Positions 9,985-18,899 of a DNA stretch of 64,000 nt are shown here, in pieces. The translations under genes were made by a program, and so were the position numbers. A model generated the notes under the pieces. It saw only the letters and a list, made by a program, of their open reading frames with translations, was not told where the DNA came from and did not search any database. The stretch covers positions 2,163 to 66,162 of the forward strand of contig CAZVED010000004.1 of assembly GCA_964626205.1 (NCBI GenBank). The letters run 5' to 3'. This stretch comes from an uncultured Gammaproteobacteria bacterium (lineage in GTDB: Bacteria > Patescibacteriota > Patescibacteriia > SG8-24). Within the stretch, counting starts at the first letter, position 1; each line of letters opens with the position of its first letter.

Positions 9985-10916
9985 CGGAGCTCCGCGGAAT
10001 CGCGGCATGGCTGAACTCCCCGCCGCTCTCCACAGAAGACCTTCGTGATCGCGTGATACTCATCCATTTCTGGACTTCCACCTGTCCTGAGAGTATTCAA
10101 GCGGTCCCGCACCTCCTTCGTTGGCATGAGCGATACGGCGACAACGGACTCATCGTCGTCGGCGTCCATTCACCGGAATTCCCGTTCGAACACGAGCTTG
10201 CTGCCGTAAAGAAACAGGTTGCGCGACTCGGTATCACCTACCCCGTGGCACTGGATAACGACCATGCGACATGGGACGCCTACGGTAATCAGGCATGGCC
10301 GTCATCGTATCTCATGGACACGCAAGGACGTGTCCGTCATCGCCAAACCGGCGCACGCGGCTTCGCGGAAACGGAAGCAATCATCCGCATGCTCCTGCAG
10401 GAAACCGGCGCCGCTATCGACAGCGCACCGCTGCCGAAGACGCGTGAAACGGGCGACCACGACGACGTGACGCCGTCGATGATCCTCGGATATGACCGCA
10501 TGGAACGCCTCGGCTCCCCGGAAACGCTGCGCATGGACCGTGACCAGCGCTACACGGTTCCTCTGGAGCCGACACGAGGAATGTTGTATCTCGATGGCAC
10601 CTGGGAAATCCGTAAGGATCGTGCGGTCCCGAAAAGCTATGGCGCGGGCATCGTCTGCCGCGTTCATGCCGCGCGCATGGGAATGGTCTTGGACGGCACC
10701 GTTGCACCATCGCGCGCGCAGATCATGGTTGATGGAAAAGACATGAAGACCGCCATCAAAGGAAGTGACGTTGGGCGGCGTGGCGAAACGGCCGTCGTAC
10801 ACATCGATGAAGCGAGACTCTACGACGTCATCGACGGAACGCGGGCTCGGGAGATGCTCCTCGACATCCGGTTCCTCGAACCCGGCACGGAGGTCTACGC
10901 CGTCACGTTCGGCTGA
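9981..10916 (+). CDS. Thioredoxin-fold (TlpA/ResA/DipZ-like) protein with a CxxS motif and a C-terminal extension
   Basis: The motif ILIHFWTSTCPES...GLIVVGVHSPEF is redoxin-like. The start overlaps the upstream gene's stop by 4 nt. Confidence 0.55.
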   Translation: MTELRGIAAWLNSPPLSTEDLRDRVILIHFWTSTCPESIQAVPHLLRWHERYGDNGLIVVGVHSPEFPFEHELAAVKKQVARLGITYPVALDNDHATWDAYGNQAWPSSYLMDTQGRVRHRQTGARGFAETEAIIRMLLQETGAAIDSAPLPKTRETGDHDDVTPSMILGYDRMERLGSPETLRMDRDQRYTVPLEPTRGMLYLDGTWEIRKDRAVPKSYGAGIVCRVHAARMGMVLDGTVAPSRAQIMVDGKDMKTAIKGSDVGRRGETAVVHIDEARLYDVIDGTRAREMLLDIRFLEPGTEVYAVTFG

Positions 10917-10920
10917 GACG

Positions 10921-10950
10921 GAAAAGGACGGCAATGGCCGTCCTTTTATC
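10921..10950. terminator. Bidirectional terminator between convergent genes
   Basis: The hairpin is aaggacggc-aatg-gccgtcctt, followed by ttat. Confidence 0.6.
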
Positions 10951-11977
10951 GTTGCGGAGCATAGAGCTCTTTGCCTGCCTCCCATAGCTCGGGGCGTCCT
11001 TGTTCTCGCATCCAGTACCACCATTCGATACCCCAGAGATACGCTTCGGAGAATCCGATGCGCCGTACGAACGAAACGTTCTCGGCGAGCTTCTCCGCGT
11101 TCATGAGCTGTGTCTGTCGGTCGAGGGAAAGCTCACGGATGGGGCCAGGAGACCATGGTTCCGCCTGCAACTCGCTCACGATGATGCGGTCAACGAGCGG
11201 AAGGATGGCTCGGGCTCGCTGCGTATAGTATTTCGGACTCACCGGCCAATAGAAGTATCCGACGTACCGCGTCCAGACTTCGCGATACGTGCTGATGCCG
11301 AGAACATCCGCGAGTCCGGCGGTCTGCAGCCACGAGGACAGCTCTCCGGACTCCGTGACCATAATCGGTCTGTCATCGACAGAACGGACGACCGCGATTT
11401 CCTGCTGAAGGAATTTCCGATCGGGCGGCGGACACTCTCCGAATTCGAACAACGGCTCGTTCTCCACCTGCCACATGACGACGGTCGGATCGTCCTTGTA
11501 GCGCATCACGACGGCACGCAGCATCTCGAGGATCTCCGAACGGACCTCCTCTTCATCGAGGCGCTTCGTCCATTCCGGCACATGACACTCCGGCCATCGC
11601 GGTACCTTGCGCCCGATTGCCAGCACTACGTCCGCATCACGTTTCGCAGCCTCCGCGACCTGCCAATCGACGACGGAGTAGTCGAACCGGTCACGGACGC
11701 GTTCGAGGTCGGTCCAGTACACCGGAATACGCAGGCGTTTCACGCCGAGCTCGTCGAGCGTCGCGATGTACGTTTCCTGCCAATCAAGACCGAGGCTTTC
11801 TGCGTACGGCTTGGAGAACGTCGCACCGAAGAGCACGTCCTGTTCGTCCAGGCCAAGATCGCGCTTGATGACGTCAACGAAAAAAAGTCCGAGGACCATT
11901 ACCACGATAAGAAACCCGGAAAACCCGGCTTCCTGCCAAAACCGTGTTGAGGCGCTCTTCTGACGCTTGCTGCTCAT
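10946..11977 (-). CDS. Membrane-anchored TIM-barrel glycoside hydrolase (GH5-like clan GH-A; NEP catalytic motif)
   Basis: The active-site signature is VMWQVENEP, and an N-terminal TM helix (FSGFLIVVMVLGLFF) follows ATG 11977. The track start at 11992 is GTG. Confidence 0.55.
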   Translation of the reverse strand: MSSKRQKSASTRFWQEAGFSGFLIVVMVLGLFFVDVIKRDLGLDEQDVLFGATFSKPYAESLGLDWQETYIATLDELGVKRLRIPVYWTDLERVRDRFDYSVVDWQVAEAAKRDADVVLAIGRKVPRWPECHVPEWTKRLDEEEVRSEILEMLRAVVMRYKDDPTVVMWQVENEPLFEFGECPPPDRKFLQQEIAVVRSVDDRPIMVTESGELSSWLQTAGLADVLGISTYREVWTRYVGYFYWPVSPKYYTQRARAILPLVDRIIVSELQAEPWSPGPIRELSLDRQTQLMNAEKLAENVSFVRRIGFSEAYLWGIEWWYWMREQGRPELWEAGKELYAPQR

Positions 11978-12076
11978 GCTTGCAGTATACACCCGCAGAG
12001 GGGGCGTCCGGAAATTGACCGTGTCAGCATTACGATGCTATGAAACATCTGTACGTTCATTGGAAAGGAGGCCGGC

Positions 12077-12880
12077 ATGGCCTTCGGAAAACACGCGCTC
12101 CTTCTCATCGCATCCTATCTCTTCGCGCTCACGGTCCTCTTCGGACCAGCAGTGGCGGACATTCTCGGCACAGAAGCCCGTCTCGGTGAGCTTCCGGTGA
12201 AACCGAAGCTCTCGAAGCAGGAACGTGTTGCCTACGTGCGGAGCATAATCCTAGGAACCGTCACTGTCCGCGTACATCCGTACGACGGGGTACGCGGCAT
12301 GCTCCAAGGAAACGGGACCGGCGCCATCATTTCCGACGAAGGCCATATCCTCACCGCCGCGCATGTCGTGCGAGGAAGCGAGTTCGTCTACGTGACGTTC
12401 CACAGCCTCGACGGGATGGCGACCGGATTCCACGGTCTCCGTCAGGAGCCGGCCGACGTGCTTGCGGTCTCTCCCGAACGGGACATGGCCATCATCAAGC
12501 TTCGCCACCCGGCGCGAGTACGTCTCACGACGTTCGCTGTCGCGGCTGACGGGTTCCCGCCTCCGCAAGCGCGGTTCTGGTTCGTCGGAACCTCGTCTGT
12601 CGTGCAGTCAGGCGTTATCGTCGCAACGGACCAGACCGTCCCACTCGGTGACGTGAACGCTCCGAACGCTCCGCCGACCGTCGTCCGTAACGCGACCGTC
12701 GCGAGGACCACGGCGACACAAGGTGATTCCGGCGGTCCGGTATGCGATGCGAACGGTACCGTCGTTGGCATCCTCATCGGTAGCGACAATGCCGGCATCG
12801 GCGTCATCTCGCCGCTCCGATACGGATTTACCCAGCTCCTCGCGCAAGCAAAAGAAAAGGAGCGCACGCTCCCCAGATGA
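12077..12880 (+). CDS. Secreted trypsin-like (S1) serine protease
   Basis: The catalytic signatures are TAAHVV (His) and GDSGGPV (Ser). There is an N-terminal signal/TM segment and an AAGGAGG RBS. Confidence 0.8.
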   Translation: MAFGKHALLLIASYLFALTVLFGPAVADILGTEARLGELPVKPKLSKQERVAYVRSIILGTVTVRVHPYDGVRGMLQGNGTGAIISDEGHILTAAHVVRGSEFVYVTFHSLDGMATGFHGLRQEPADVLAVSPERDMAIIKLRHPARVRLTTFAVAADGFPPPQARFWFVGTSSVVQSGVIVATDQTVPLGDVNAPNAPPTVVRNATVARTTATQGDSGGPVCDANGTVVGILIGSDNAGIGVISPLRYGFTQLLAQAKEKERTLPR

Positions 12881-12885
12881 TGACG

Positions 12886-12921
12886 AAACCCCGCTCTCCG
12901 ACGAGAGCGGGGTCTTTTTTA
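12886..12921. terminator. Bidirectional terminator (aaccccgctctc-cgac-gagagcggggtc + T-run)
   Basis: A perfect 12-bp stem sits between convergent genes. Confidence 0.65.
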
Positions 12922-12938
12922 TGTACGGTCGTGTGGCA

Positions 12939-13601
12939 TTACAGACGACCGACAAGCGCGGCAAGGATGGCGCCCTGCACCTCCTCAATCCCCTTTGCGC
13001 CGTCGACTTCGCGCAGCAAGCCGCGAGAACCGTACATGGCGAGCAACGGGAACGTTTCAGCATGATAGATAGCGAGGCGGCGGCGGATTGCGTCTGGAGT
13101 ATCATCGGCGCGCTGCACGACCTCCGCACCGCAGGCGTCGCATGTACCATCGGTGGTCGTCGTCGGCATGGACTCCACATGGTAGATGCGCTCGCAGGCG
13201 GTGTTTGCGCAGACGCGGCGGCCGGAAATGCGCCGAACGGCGTCGTCGTCGGAAATGTTCAGGTAGACGACGTCCGTGATACCGCTCCCAAGTGAGGCCA
13301 TGATGCCATCGAGCGCTTCGGCCTGTTCAGCGGTACGTGGATACCCGTCCAGAATGACGCCCTGTGCGGCGTCGGGCCGCGAGAGGCGATCTACCATAAC
13401 CTGTCCCGCGACGTCACTCGGAACGATCTCCCCGCGTTCCATGTAAGCAGCCGCGCGCTTGCCGAGTTCGCTGCCGCTTGCAACCTCCGCGCGGAACATC
13501 GTCCCGAGCGAAAGGTGTGGAATGCTGAGCTTTTGCGCAAGCCGTTCGGACTGCGTTCCTTTGCCCGAACCTTGGGGACCGACCATGAGAATGACGTGCA
13601 T
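12939..13601 (-). CDS. adk: Adenylate kinase with a zinc-binding lid
   Basis: The sequence MHVILMVGPQGSGKGTQ is a P-loop, and the lid has CANTAC...CDAC. The track ORF extends 86 aa further upstream through a terminator and is not trusted. Confidence 0.9.
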   Translation of the reverse strand: MHVILMVGPQGSGKGTQSERLAQKLSIPHLSLGTMFRAEVASGSELGKRAAAYMERGEIVPSDVAGQVMVDRLSRPDAAQGVILDGYPRTAEQAEALDGIMASLGSGITDVVYLNISDDDAVRRISGRRVCANTACERIYHVESMPTTTTDGTCDACGAEVVQRADDTPDAIRRRLAIYHAETFPLLAMYGSRGLLREVDGAKGIEEVQGAILAALVGRL

Positions 13602-13690
13602 ACGGTGTGGTGAACGGGCGCGAAACCGCCCTAGACCGAGGGAGTATAGAAAAAACCCCGCTTCTTGAAAAGGGGGGTGGGGTACCGACA

Positions 13691-14209
13691 TTATTTCTTG
13701 GTGAAAGCGGCTCGACCGAGGGCGCGACCCCACAGGAGGAACGGCAGTTGCGCGAGAAGGAACGCGAGCGCGAGTGCGTTCATGCCGGGAAACTCGTAGG
13801 TTGGGACGGTCGTATCGACGACCTCGCCAATGCCGACCAAGTCGAGGTACCCGTTCCACATGAACCAGTTACCGGACTTGTCCGGATAGAGACCGCGATG
13901 CCAGTCCAGCAGGTCGAAATACGTCAGGACCTCCATGGTCCAGAATCCTGCAACGAACAGGACGAGTAGCGCATTCAACACTTTCGTCCGCCGATGAACT
14001 GCTTCCAATGAAAGCAAATGTCCGCGACAATGTGCGAACGCGACGAGTGCGGCGATGAGCCCGACAGCGAAGAATGTCGCCGGGTCCACCACGAACGTGC
14101 AGAGCGGCAGCGTTGCTCGCGCCTCTCTCGGGAGCGCGTAGCGCGCCTGCATCAGATGCGCGACGAAAACGCAGGCGAATAGCAGGAATGCGGCGTGAAG
14201 AGCGACCAT
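13691..14209 (-). CDS. Hypothetical polytopic membrane protein
   Basis: Its start is AGGAAGGAGG-N7-ATG. It has about 5 hydrophobic helices. Confidence 0.5.
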   Translation of the reverse strand: MVALHAAFLLFACVFVAHLMQARYALPREARATLPLCTFVVDPATFFAVGLIAALVAFAHCRGHLLSLEAVHRRTKVLNALLVLFVAGFWTMEVLTYFDLLDWHRGLYPDKSGNWFMWNGYLDLVGIGEVVDTTVPTYEFPGMNALALAFLLAQLPFLLWGRALGRAAFTKK

Positions 14210-14364
14210 GGGCGAATCCTCCTTCCTAAAGAACGGACGCCGGAAGTTCACCACACCCGCGGAAGAGGCGCAATATCGTTCGGCCAGAACTCGGAACGAT
14301 AGCATTGACGCACGAGGAAAACTGCGCTAAGAAGCACCTGCAGGTTTCCGACGAAAGAGGTGCT

Positions 14365-15120
14365 ATGGCGAAGCTCATTGGACATATTGGCGCCCCCCAT
14401 GGGCCGTACCGTTTCTCCGACGTACGTTGCGCCCGCAAAGGGTTTCTCAGCATCTTCACCTACCGCGTCAACAGCGTGTCACACCCCCTTGAAATGATGG
14501 AGCGTGGTCACGCGGTCGTCGTGCTTCCGGTGGATTTCTCAAAGGGGACGGTCATCCTCATCCGACAGCCACGTTTCAACCTCGGCTTCCTCGCATCTCT
14601 GGATGCGCGTGCCATGCAGGAACGGGCACTCGGGGTTTCGGGAGGTGTGCGCGGGGTGTTACGTCGCGCCGGTGCTTTCATCGCCGCTGCTCTCGCGCTC
14701 CACGAACGGAAACCGCGGGCGGTGCCGGTGCACGCAGACGTGCCGCCCGAAGCTGTCCTCACCTACGAGATGCCGGCCGGCGTCATCGACCCTGGCGAGA
14801 CAGCGCTCAATGCCGCAATCCGTGAACTTCGTGAAGAGACCGGCATTTCTGTCGATATGAAACGCGTATCGATGGTCGCGAAGTACCATCCGTCCATCGG
14901 CGGATCGACCGAGCAGCTGACCGCGTACATCGCGGACATCAGCGGATGCATCCCCGACCTCACGAACGCCGGCGAAGGCGACGAATCGATCGATGTCATG
15001 GAATTCACCGTTCGCGAAGCGTTCGCCATGCTCGCCGGTGGCGCGCTCCGATCCGCGAGCGCGAACATCCTTCTGCGCGAGCTGCGCATCCGGATACTGG
15101 AACGCGGATTCGCTCCTTGA
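14365..15120 (+). CDS. NUDIX hydrolase
   Basis: The Nudix box is GVIDPGETALNAAIRELREETG. RBS AAGAGG precedes ATG 14365. Confidence 0.8.
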   Translation: MAKLIGHIGAPHGPYRFSDVRCARKGFLSIFTYRVNSVSHPLEMMERGHAVVVLPVDFSKGTVILIRQPRFNLGFLASLDARAMQERALGVSGGVRGVLRRAGAFIAAALALHERKPRAVPVHADVPPEAVLTYEMPAGVIDPGETALNAAIRELREETGISVDMKRVSMVAKYHPSIGGSTEQLTAYIADISGCIPDLTNAGEGDESIDVMEFTVREAFAMLAGGALRSASANILLRELRIRILERGFAP

Positions 15121-15234
15121 ATCATTCTTCGTCCACCAACGCACATGCGGCCGCGGTGGACGCTTTCCTCCCGCTGCTGAGCACGTGCTCGGCGTCGGGA
15201 ACGGAAGCCCCGTTCATTGCAAAGGAGTACCATC

Positions 15235-16002
15235 GTGCCGAAACGACCCATCGTCGCCTCGGATATCGACGGGACACTGTTCCGACGGTTGACCATCGAG
15301 CTCCTTACGAAAGGACTCATCGATGCCGGCGTCTTTCCGAAGCGGCTCCGCAAGCCGTTCATGGAGCTGAGCTACGTCCAGCGCGATCGCGAGATCGGTT
15401 ATCCGGAATACAGCGCCCGTCTCCTCGAGATCTATCTCGGAGGCATCAAGGGCGCAAGCGTCCAGGACGTTGACCGTGTTGCGCGGAAGATCGCGAATGA
15501 ACGCGTGCGCTACGTCTACGCGTTCACCAAGCGCTTCCTCGAAGCCCACGCCGATACGCACCAGCGTGTCGCGATTACTGGAGCGAACGACCACATCATG
15601 AAGTACTTCGCGCCCGCGTGGGAATTCGACGCCTGCTACCCAACGGTGCTCGAAGTCGTGCATGGACGGTATACCGGCCATGAGGTCTCGCTTCCCGTTG
15701 CAGACAAAGCGCGCGCGCTCCTGGACCACGTCGCGCTCGGTGGGACGACTCTCGAAGGGTCTGCCGGTATCGGCGACACTTCGTCGGACATCCCGATGCT
15801 GGAGCTCGTTACGCACCCGATCGCCTTCAACCCGGACTTCGCGCTCCTCAGCACCGCTCTTGCCAACCACTGGCTCGTCGTCCACGAAAAGAAGGACACC
15901 ATCTCCGTGCGTCTCGGGCACACGGAGCATGACTTCCATCGTGGTGACGTGGATGCCGCCGTACAGCTCGCCATCAGCCTGCGTAATCGCACGCGACGCT
16001 GA
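15235..16002 (+). CDS. HAD-superfamily hydrolase (SerB-like HAD-IB phosphatase)
   Basis: Motif I is ASDIDGTLF and the motif IV region is GIGDTSSDIPML. The start is probably GTG, preceded by AAGGAG. Confidence 0.75.
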   Translation: MPKRPIVASDIDGTLFRRLTIELLTKGLIDAGVFPKRLRKPFMELSYVQRDREIGYPEYSARLLEIYLGGIKGASVQDVDRVARKIANERVRYVYAFTKRFLEAHADTHQRVAITGANDHIMKYFAPAWEFDACYPTVLEVVHGRYTGHEVSLPVADKARALLDHVALGGTTLEGSAGIGDTSSDIPMLELVTHPIAFNPDFALLSTALANHWLVVHEKKDTISVRLGHTEHDFHRGDVDAAVQLAISLRNRTRR

Positions 16003-16004
16003 AA

Positions 16005-16041
16005 AAAGAACAGGACCTCCCACGTGGGAGGTCCTTTTTTG
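16005..16041. terminator. Bidirectional terminator (aggacctcccac/gtgggaggtcct + T-run)
   Basis: A perfect palindrome sits between convergent genes. Confidence 0.65.
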
Positions 16042-16046
16042 TCTGC

Positions 16047-17111
16047 TTACTCTTCCTTGATGATACCGATCTCCTTGAGCCGCAGCGTGAGGTATTCCCC
16101 CGCGCTGCAGAGCACCTGGTTCGTCGGATGCAGCAAGCGGTGCTCCAGCCCCATCTTCTCGAGCTGCTGTTGCACCGACGGCTTGATCGACATGCTCGAA
16201 CGCATGCATTCGTGGAAGGTTTCCTTGGTGACGAGCGGCACCTCCGGCCTCGGATGCCCGAAGCACGGGATGTTGATACGCTCCGAGTCCGGGTCGTCGG
16301 TGTTCACGACGCGGTGCGTCATGGACGGGAAATCGCCGAACGACGCCATCTGCTCCATGTCGCCTGTCTGCATGATGATCGCGTCCGGCGGCGCTTCGAC
16401 GGCGACCCACCGCCCGTCGCGCATGAGCAGCTCGAGGCCGTCCACGGACCAGAGCATGGTCGTGAAGTTGATGTCCTCGTGCGGCGTGGCGCGCATCGCG
16501 ATGTTCGCGGTACCGCGGATCTCCTCTTCTGTCGGCATGGCGTCGAGCCACCCATTCGCATGCGCGTACTCCGCGAGGCGGCACAACTGCGCGACGTTGG
16601 GGTAGTGCAGGGCGCGCAGCAGCGTGTCGCCGCCGACCATCGCCTGCTCCATGGACACCGGGAGTTTCACGCCGGAGTAGCGCGTGAACGCCGCGGCGGA
16701 GCGGTACTGGAGCACGTCCATGGCCGCAAACAGCGCGCGCATGGTCGGCTCGAACTCCGGAACCTCTGCCGGAAACGGCGTCGGGTTGCGGTGGCCGAGA
16801 CGGTAGATGTGCCAGAAGTGCTTCAGGTCCCACCCGCCCTTGTGCTCCTTCGCCTTCTCTTCGCCGTAGCCGAAGTAGCCGGTGGTGAAGCGCGTATCGT
16901 CGCGCAGCGTGTGATGGTACCGATGCAGCGATTCGGGCGGCAGGTTGCCGACCTTACGCGTCGCTTCGAACGCCGCGCGCACGAGCGTCGGGTCGATGCC
17001 GTGGTTCACCGCGGCCACGAAGCCGTACTGCCGCTTCTTCTCGATGTAGTCGCGGTCCGCGTTCGGAGCCGTAAGGTCCACGATGGGAAGCGCGAGGGTG
17101 GAGCCGGTCAT
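16047..17111 (-). CDS. Isopenicillin-N-synthase-family 2OG/Fe(II)-dependent dioxygenase
   Basis: A DIOX_N-like N-terminus (LPIVDL...GFVAAVNHGI) is followed by an HxD motif (TPHEDINF) and a distal His (MTHRVVN). GGAGG-N6-ATG sits at 17111. Confidence 0.75.
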   Translation of the reverse strand: MTGSTLALPIVDLTAPNADRDYIEKKRQYGFVAAVNHGIDPTLVRAAFEATRKVGNLPPESLHRYHHTLRDDTRFTTGYFGYGEEKAKEHKGGWDLKHFWHIYRLGHRNPTPFPAEVPEFEPTMRALFAAMDVLQYRSAAAFTRYSGVKLPVSMEQAMVGGDTLLRALHYPNVAQLCRLAEYAHANGWLDAMPTEEEIRGTANIAMRATPHEDINFTTMLWSVDGLELLMRDGRWVAVEAPPDAIIMQTGDMEQMASFGDFPSMTHRVVNTDDPDSERINIPCFGHPRPEVPLVTKETFHECMRSSMSIKPSVQQQLEKMGLEHRLLHPTNQVLCSAGEYLTLRLKEIGIIKEE

Positions 17112-17258
17112 AAAGAACCTCCTGCGCACATGACGTACGCACCGCTACTCTAGACCATGATGCCGCCTCGTTCAAGTACTGTCCCACCATTGACAAAAGG
17201 GCAATTTTCGCTTAGCATGGCCACGTCACGTACTTGTTCCCTGACAGGAGAAGTTCCC

Positions 17259-17942
17259 ATGTCTGTTCCATCCCACGACATCTCCGACCGCGAGCTCGCG
17301 GCGAAAATCGACCTCACGCTGCTCAAGCCAGAGGCGTCGCCGATCCAGATTGCGGAATTGTGCACCGAGGCACGGAAACGCGGCTTCGCTGCCGTCTGCG
17401 TGAACCCGGTCAACGTGGCGTTCGCCGCGCTGCTACTCAAAGACACGCCAGTGCTCCCCATCACCGTCGTCGGCTTTCCGCTCGGCACGCATCTCAAGGA
17501 GCTGAAGGCGGTCGAAGCAGGGCTGGCCATCCGCGACGGCGCGAAGGAAATCGACATGGTCGCCCGCATCGACGCGCTCAAGTGGAACGATGATGATGCC
17601 GTCCGTGCGGACATCGCCGCAGTTGCCGACATCTGCCGCCAGTTCTCCGTCCCGCTGAAGGTCATCCTCGAAACGGCCACACTCACGGAGGAGGAGATTC
17701 TCCGCGGATGCGTGCTCGCGGAGCAGGCCGGGGCGCAATTCGTGAAAACGTCCACCGGCTTCCACCCTTCCGGCGGAGCGACGATCCGTGCAGTGCAGCT
17801 CATGCACCACGCGGTCGGAGGACGCCTCGGCATCAAGGCTTCCGGCGGCATCAAAGACTGTGCCGCCGCGCTCGCCATGCTCGCTGCTGGCGCCACGCGC
17901 ATCGGCGCGTCGAGCGGCGAAAGCATCATGAAGAAAGACTAG
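17259..17942 (+). CDS. deoC: Deoxyribose-phosphate aldolase
   Basis: The sequences IDLTLLKPEA, VCVNP, VVGFPLG and KxSTGF (VKTSTGFHPSGGAT) carry the Schiff-base Lys. Confidence 0.85.
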   Translation: MSVPSHDISDRELAAKIDLTLLKPEASPIQIAELCTEARKRGFAAVCVNPVNVAFAALLLKDTPVLPITVVGFPLGTHLKELKAVEAGLAIRDGAKEIDMVARIDALKWNDDDAVRADIAAVADICRQFSVPLKVILETATLTEEEILRGCVLAEQAGAQFVKTSTGFHPSGGATIRAVQLMHHAVGGRLGIKASGGIKDCAAALAMLAAGATRIGASSGESIMKKD

Positions 17943-17952
17943 TCTCCAACGA

Positions 17953-17977
17953 ACCCGGCGCAACGCCGGGTTTTTTC
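17953..17977 (+). terminator. Rho-independent terminator (cccggcg-caa-cgccggg-tttttt)
   Basis: A hairpin plus U-run follows deoC. Confidence 0.65.
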
Positions 17978-18032
17978 ATTTCCCGTATGTGCTACGATAC
18001 CGTCGATATCATTCATCGTAGCCCACCATCAC

Positions 18033-18590
18033 ATGATCGCTTCATCCAAACTTGCGACCCTCGCGCTCGCGCTCATCCTCGTCGGCGCAGGCTGTGCATC
18101 GAAACCCGCCACGCAGGATGCCCAAGAGCCGTCCGCCGCGCCGACCGAAACGTCCTCCGGCGACACGATGGATGGCGGCTCCGCGCAAGAGGCCAACGTT
18201 CGCGCCATCGACACCGCAGTCGAGACCGACGACACCTGGCGCACCTACGTGAATCAAGCGCTCGGCTTCGAGTTCATGTGGCCGACGGCAGGGCGCTATG
18301 CGCCGCTGTGGGAGGTGCAGTTCGTCACCAACGAACGGCTGGTGGATGGCTGTTTTGCAAGCGACCTCATGGAGCATCGCAAAGTCTCGGTCCGCGACGT
18401 CGTCTTCTGCCACTCAACCGACGAAGCGAGCGACGGTGTCCTGACCGACTACTACGTCACGACCATCGAAAACACCAACGCCATGATCGTATTCACGAAG
18501 AGTGCCGCTGGCATGGGTCCAGACTTCTCCCGCGAGGAGTACCGTGCACATCTCAATGAGATCGTCTCGACATTCCGCTCGACGAAGTAA
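18033..18590 (+). CDS. Hypothetical secreted protein, possibly a lipoprotein
   Basis: The signal peptide ends LALALILVGAGCAS, which is lipobox-like with a Cys. Confidence 0.45.
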   Translation: MIASSKLATLALALILVGAGCASKPATQDAQEPSAAPTETSSGDTMDGGSAQEANVRAIDTAVETDDTWRTYVNQALGFEFMWPTAGRYAPLWEVQFVTNERLVDGCFASDLMEHRKVSVRDVVFCHSTDEASDGVLTDYYVTTIENTNAMIVFTKSAAGMGPDFSREEYRAHLNEIVSTFRSTK

Positions 18591-18606
18591 CGCGTCGAGA
18601 AACGGG

Positions 18607-18641
18607 ATAAAAAACACCACCCTTTGACGGGTGGTGTTTTT
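18607..18641. terminator. Terminator (acaccaccc-tttgac-gggtggtgt + T-run)
   Basis: The hairpin is flanked by an A-run and a T-run. Confidence 0.6.
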
Positions 18642-18642
18642 G

Positions 18643-18718
18643 TGGGGTGGCCAGAGGGAATCGAACCCTCATCAGCAGGACCACAACCTGCTGTGCTAAC
18701 CGTTGCACCATGGCCACC
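18643..18718 (-). tRNA. tRNA-His (anticodon GTG) with G-1 and encoded CCA
   Basis: The cloverleaf was folded by hand. It has an 8-bp acceptor with G-1:C73, anticodon loop TTGTGGT, and T-arm GAGGG-TTCGATT-CCCTC. Confidence 0.85.
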
Positions 18719-18734
18719 ATGGAGTTTTGAGAAG

Positions 18735-18811
18735 TGGTGTCCCCGGGACGATTCGAACGTCCGACCTGCTGCTTAGAAGGCAGCTGCTCTATCCAACTGA
18801 GCTACGGGGAC
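18735..18811 (-). tRNA. tRNA-Arg (anticodon TCT) with encoded CCA
   Basis: The acceptor is GTCCCCG/CGGGGAC, the anticodon loop is CTTCTAA, and the T-arm is GGACG-TTCGAAT-CGTCC. Confidence 0.85.
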
Positions 18812-18899
18812 ATGTTGTGCCTGCCGCGCTCCATCCGAGGGTCTTTTACCACGGACGGAGATTAGCATGGCTTTGGTAAGCCGTCAACCGTCAAAAGGG

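Noticed and set aside
13602-13859. 86-aa upstream extension of adenylate kinase
   Set aside because: The extension has Arg-rich junk composition and crosses a terminator. The P-loop begins 4 residues after the internal Met.
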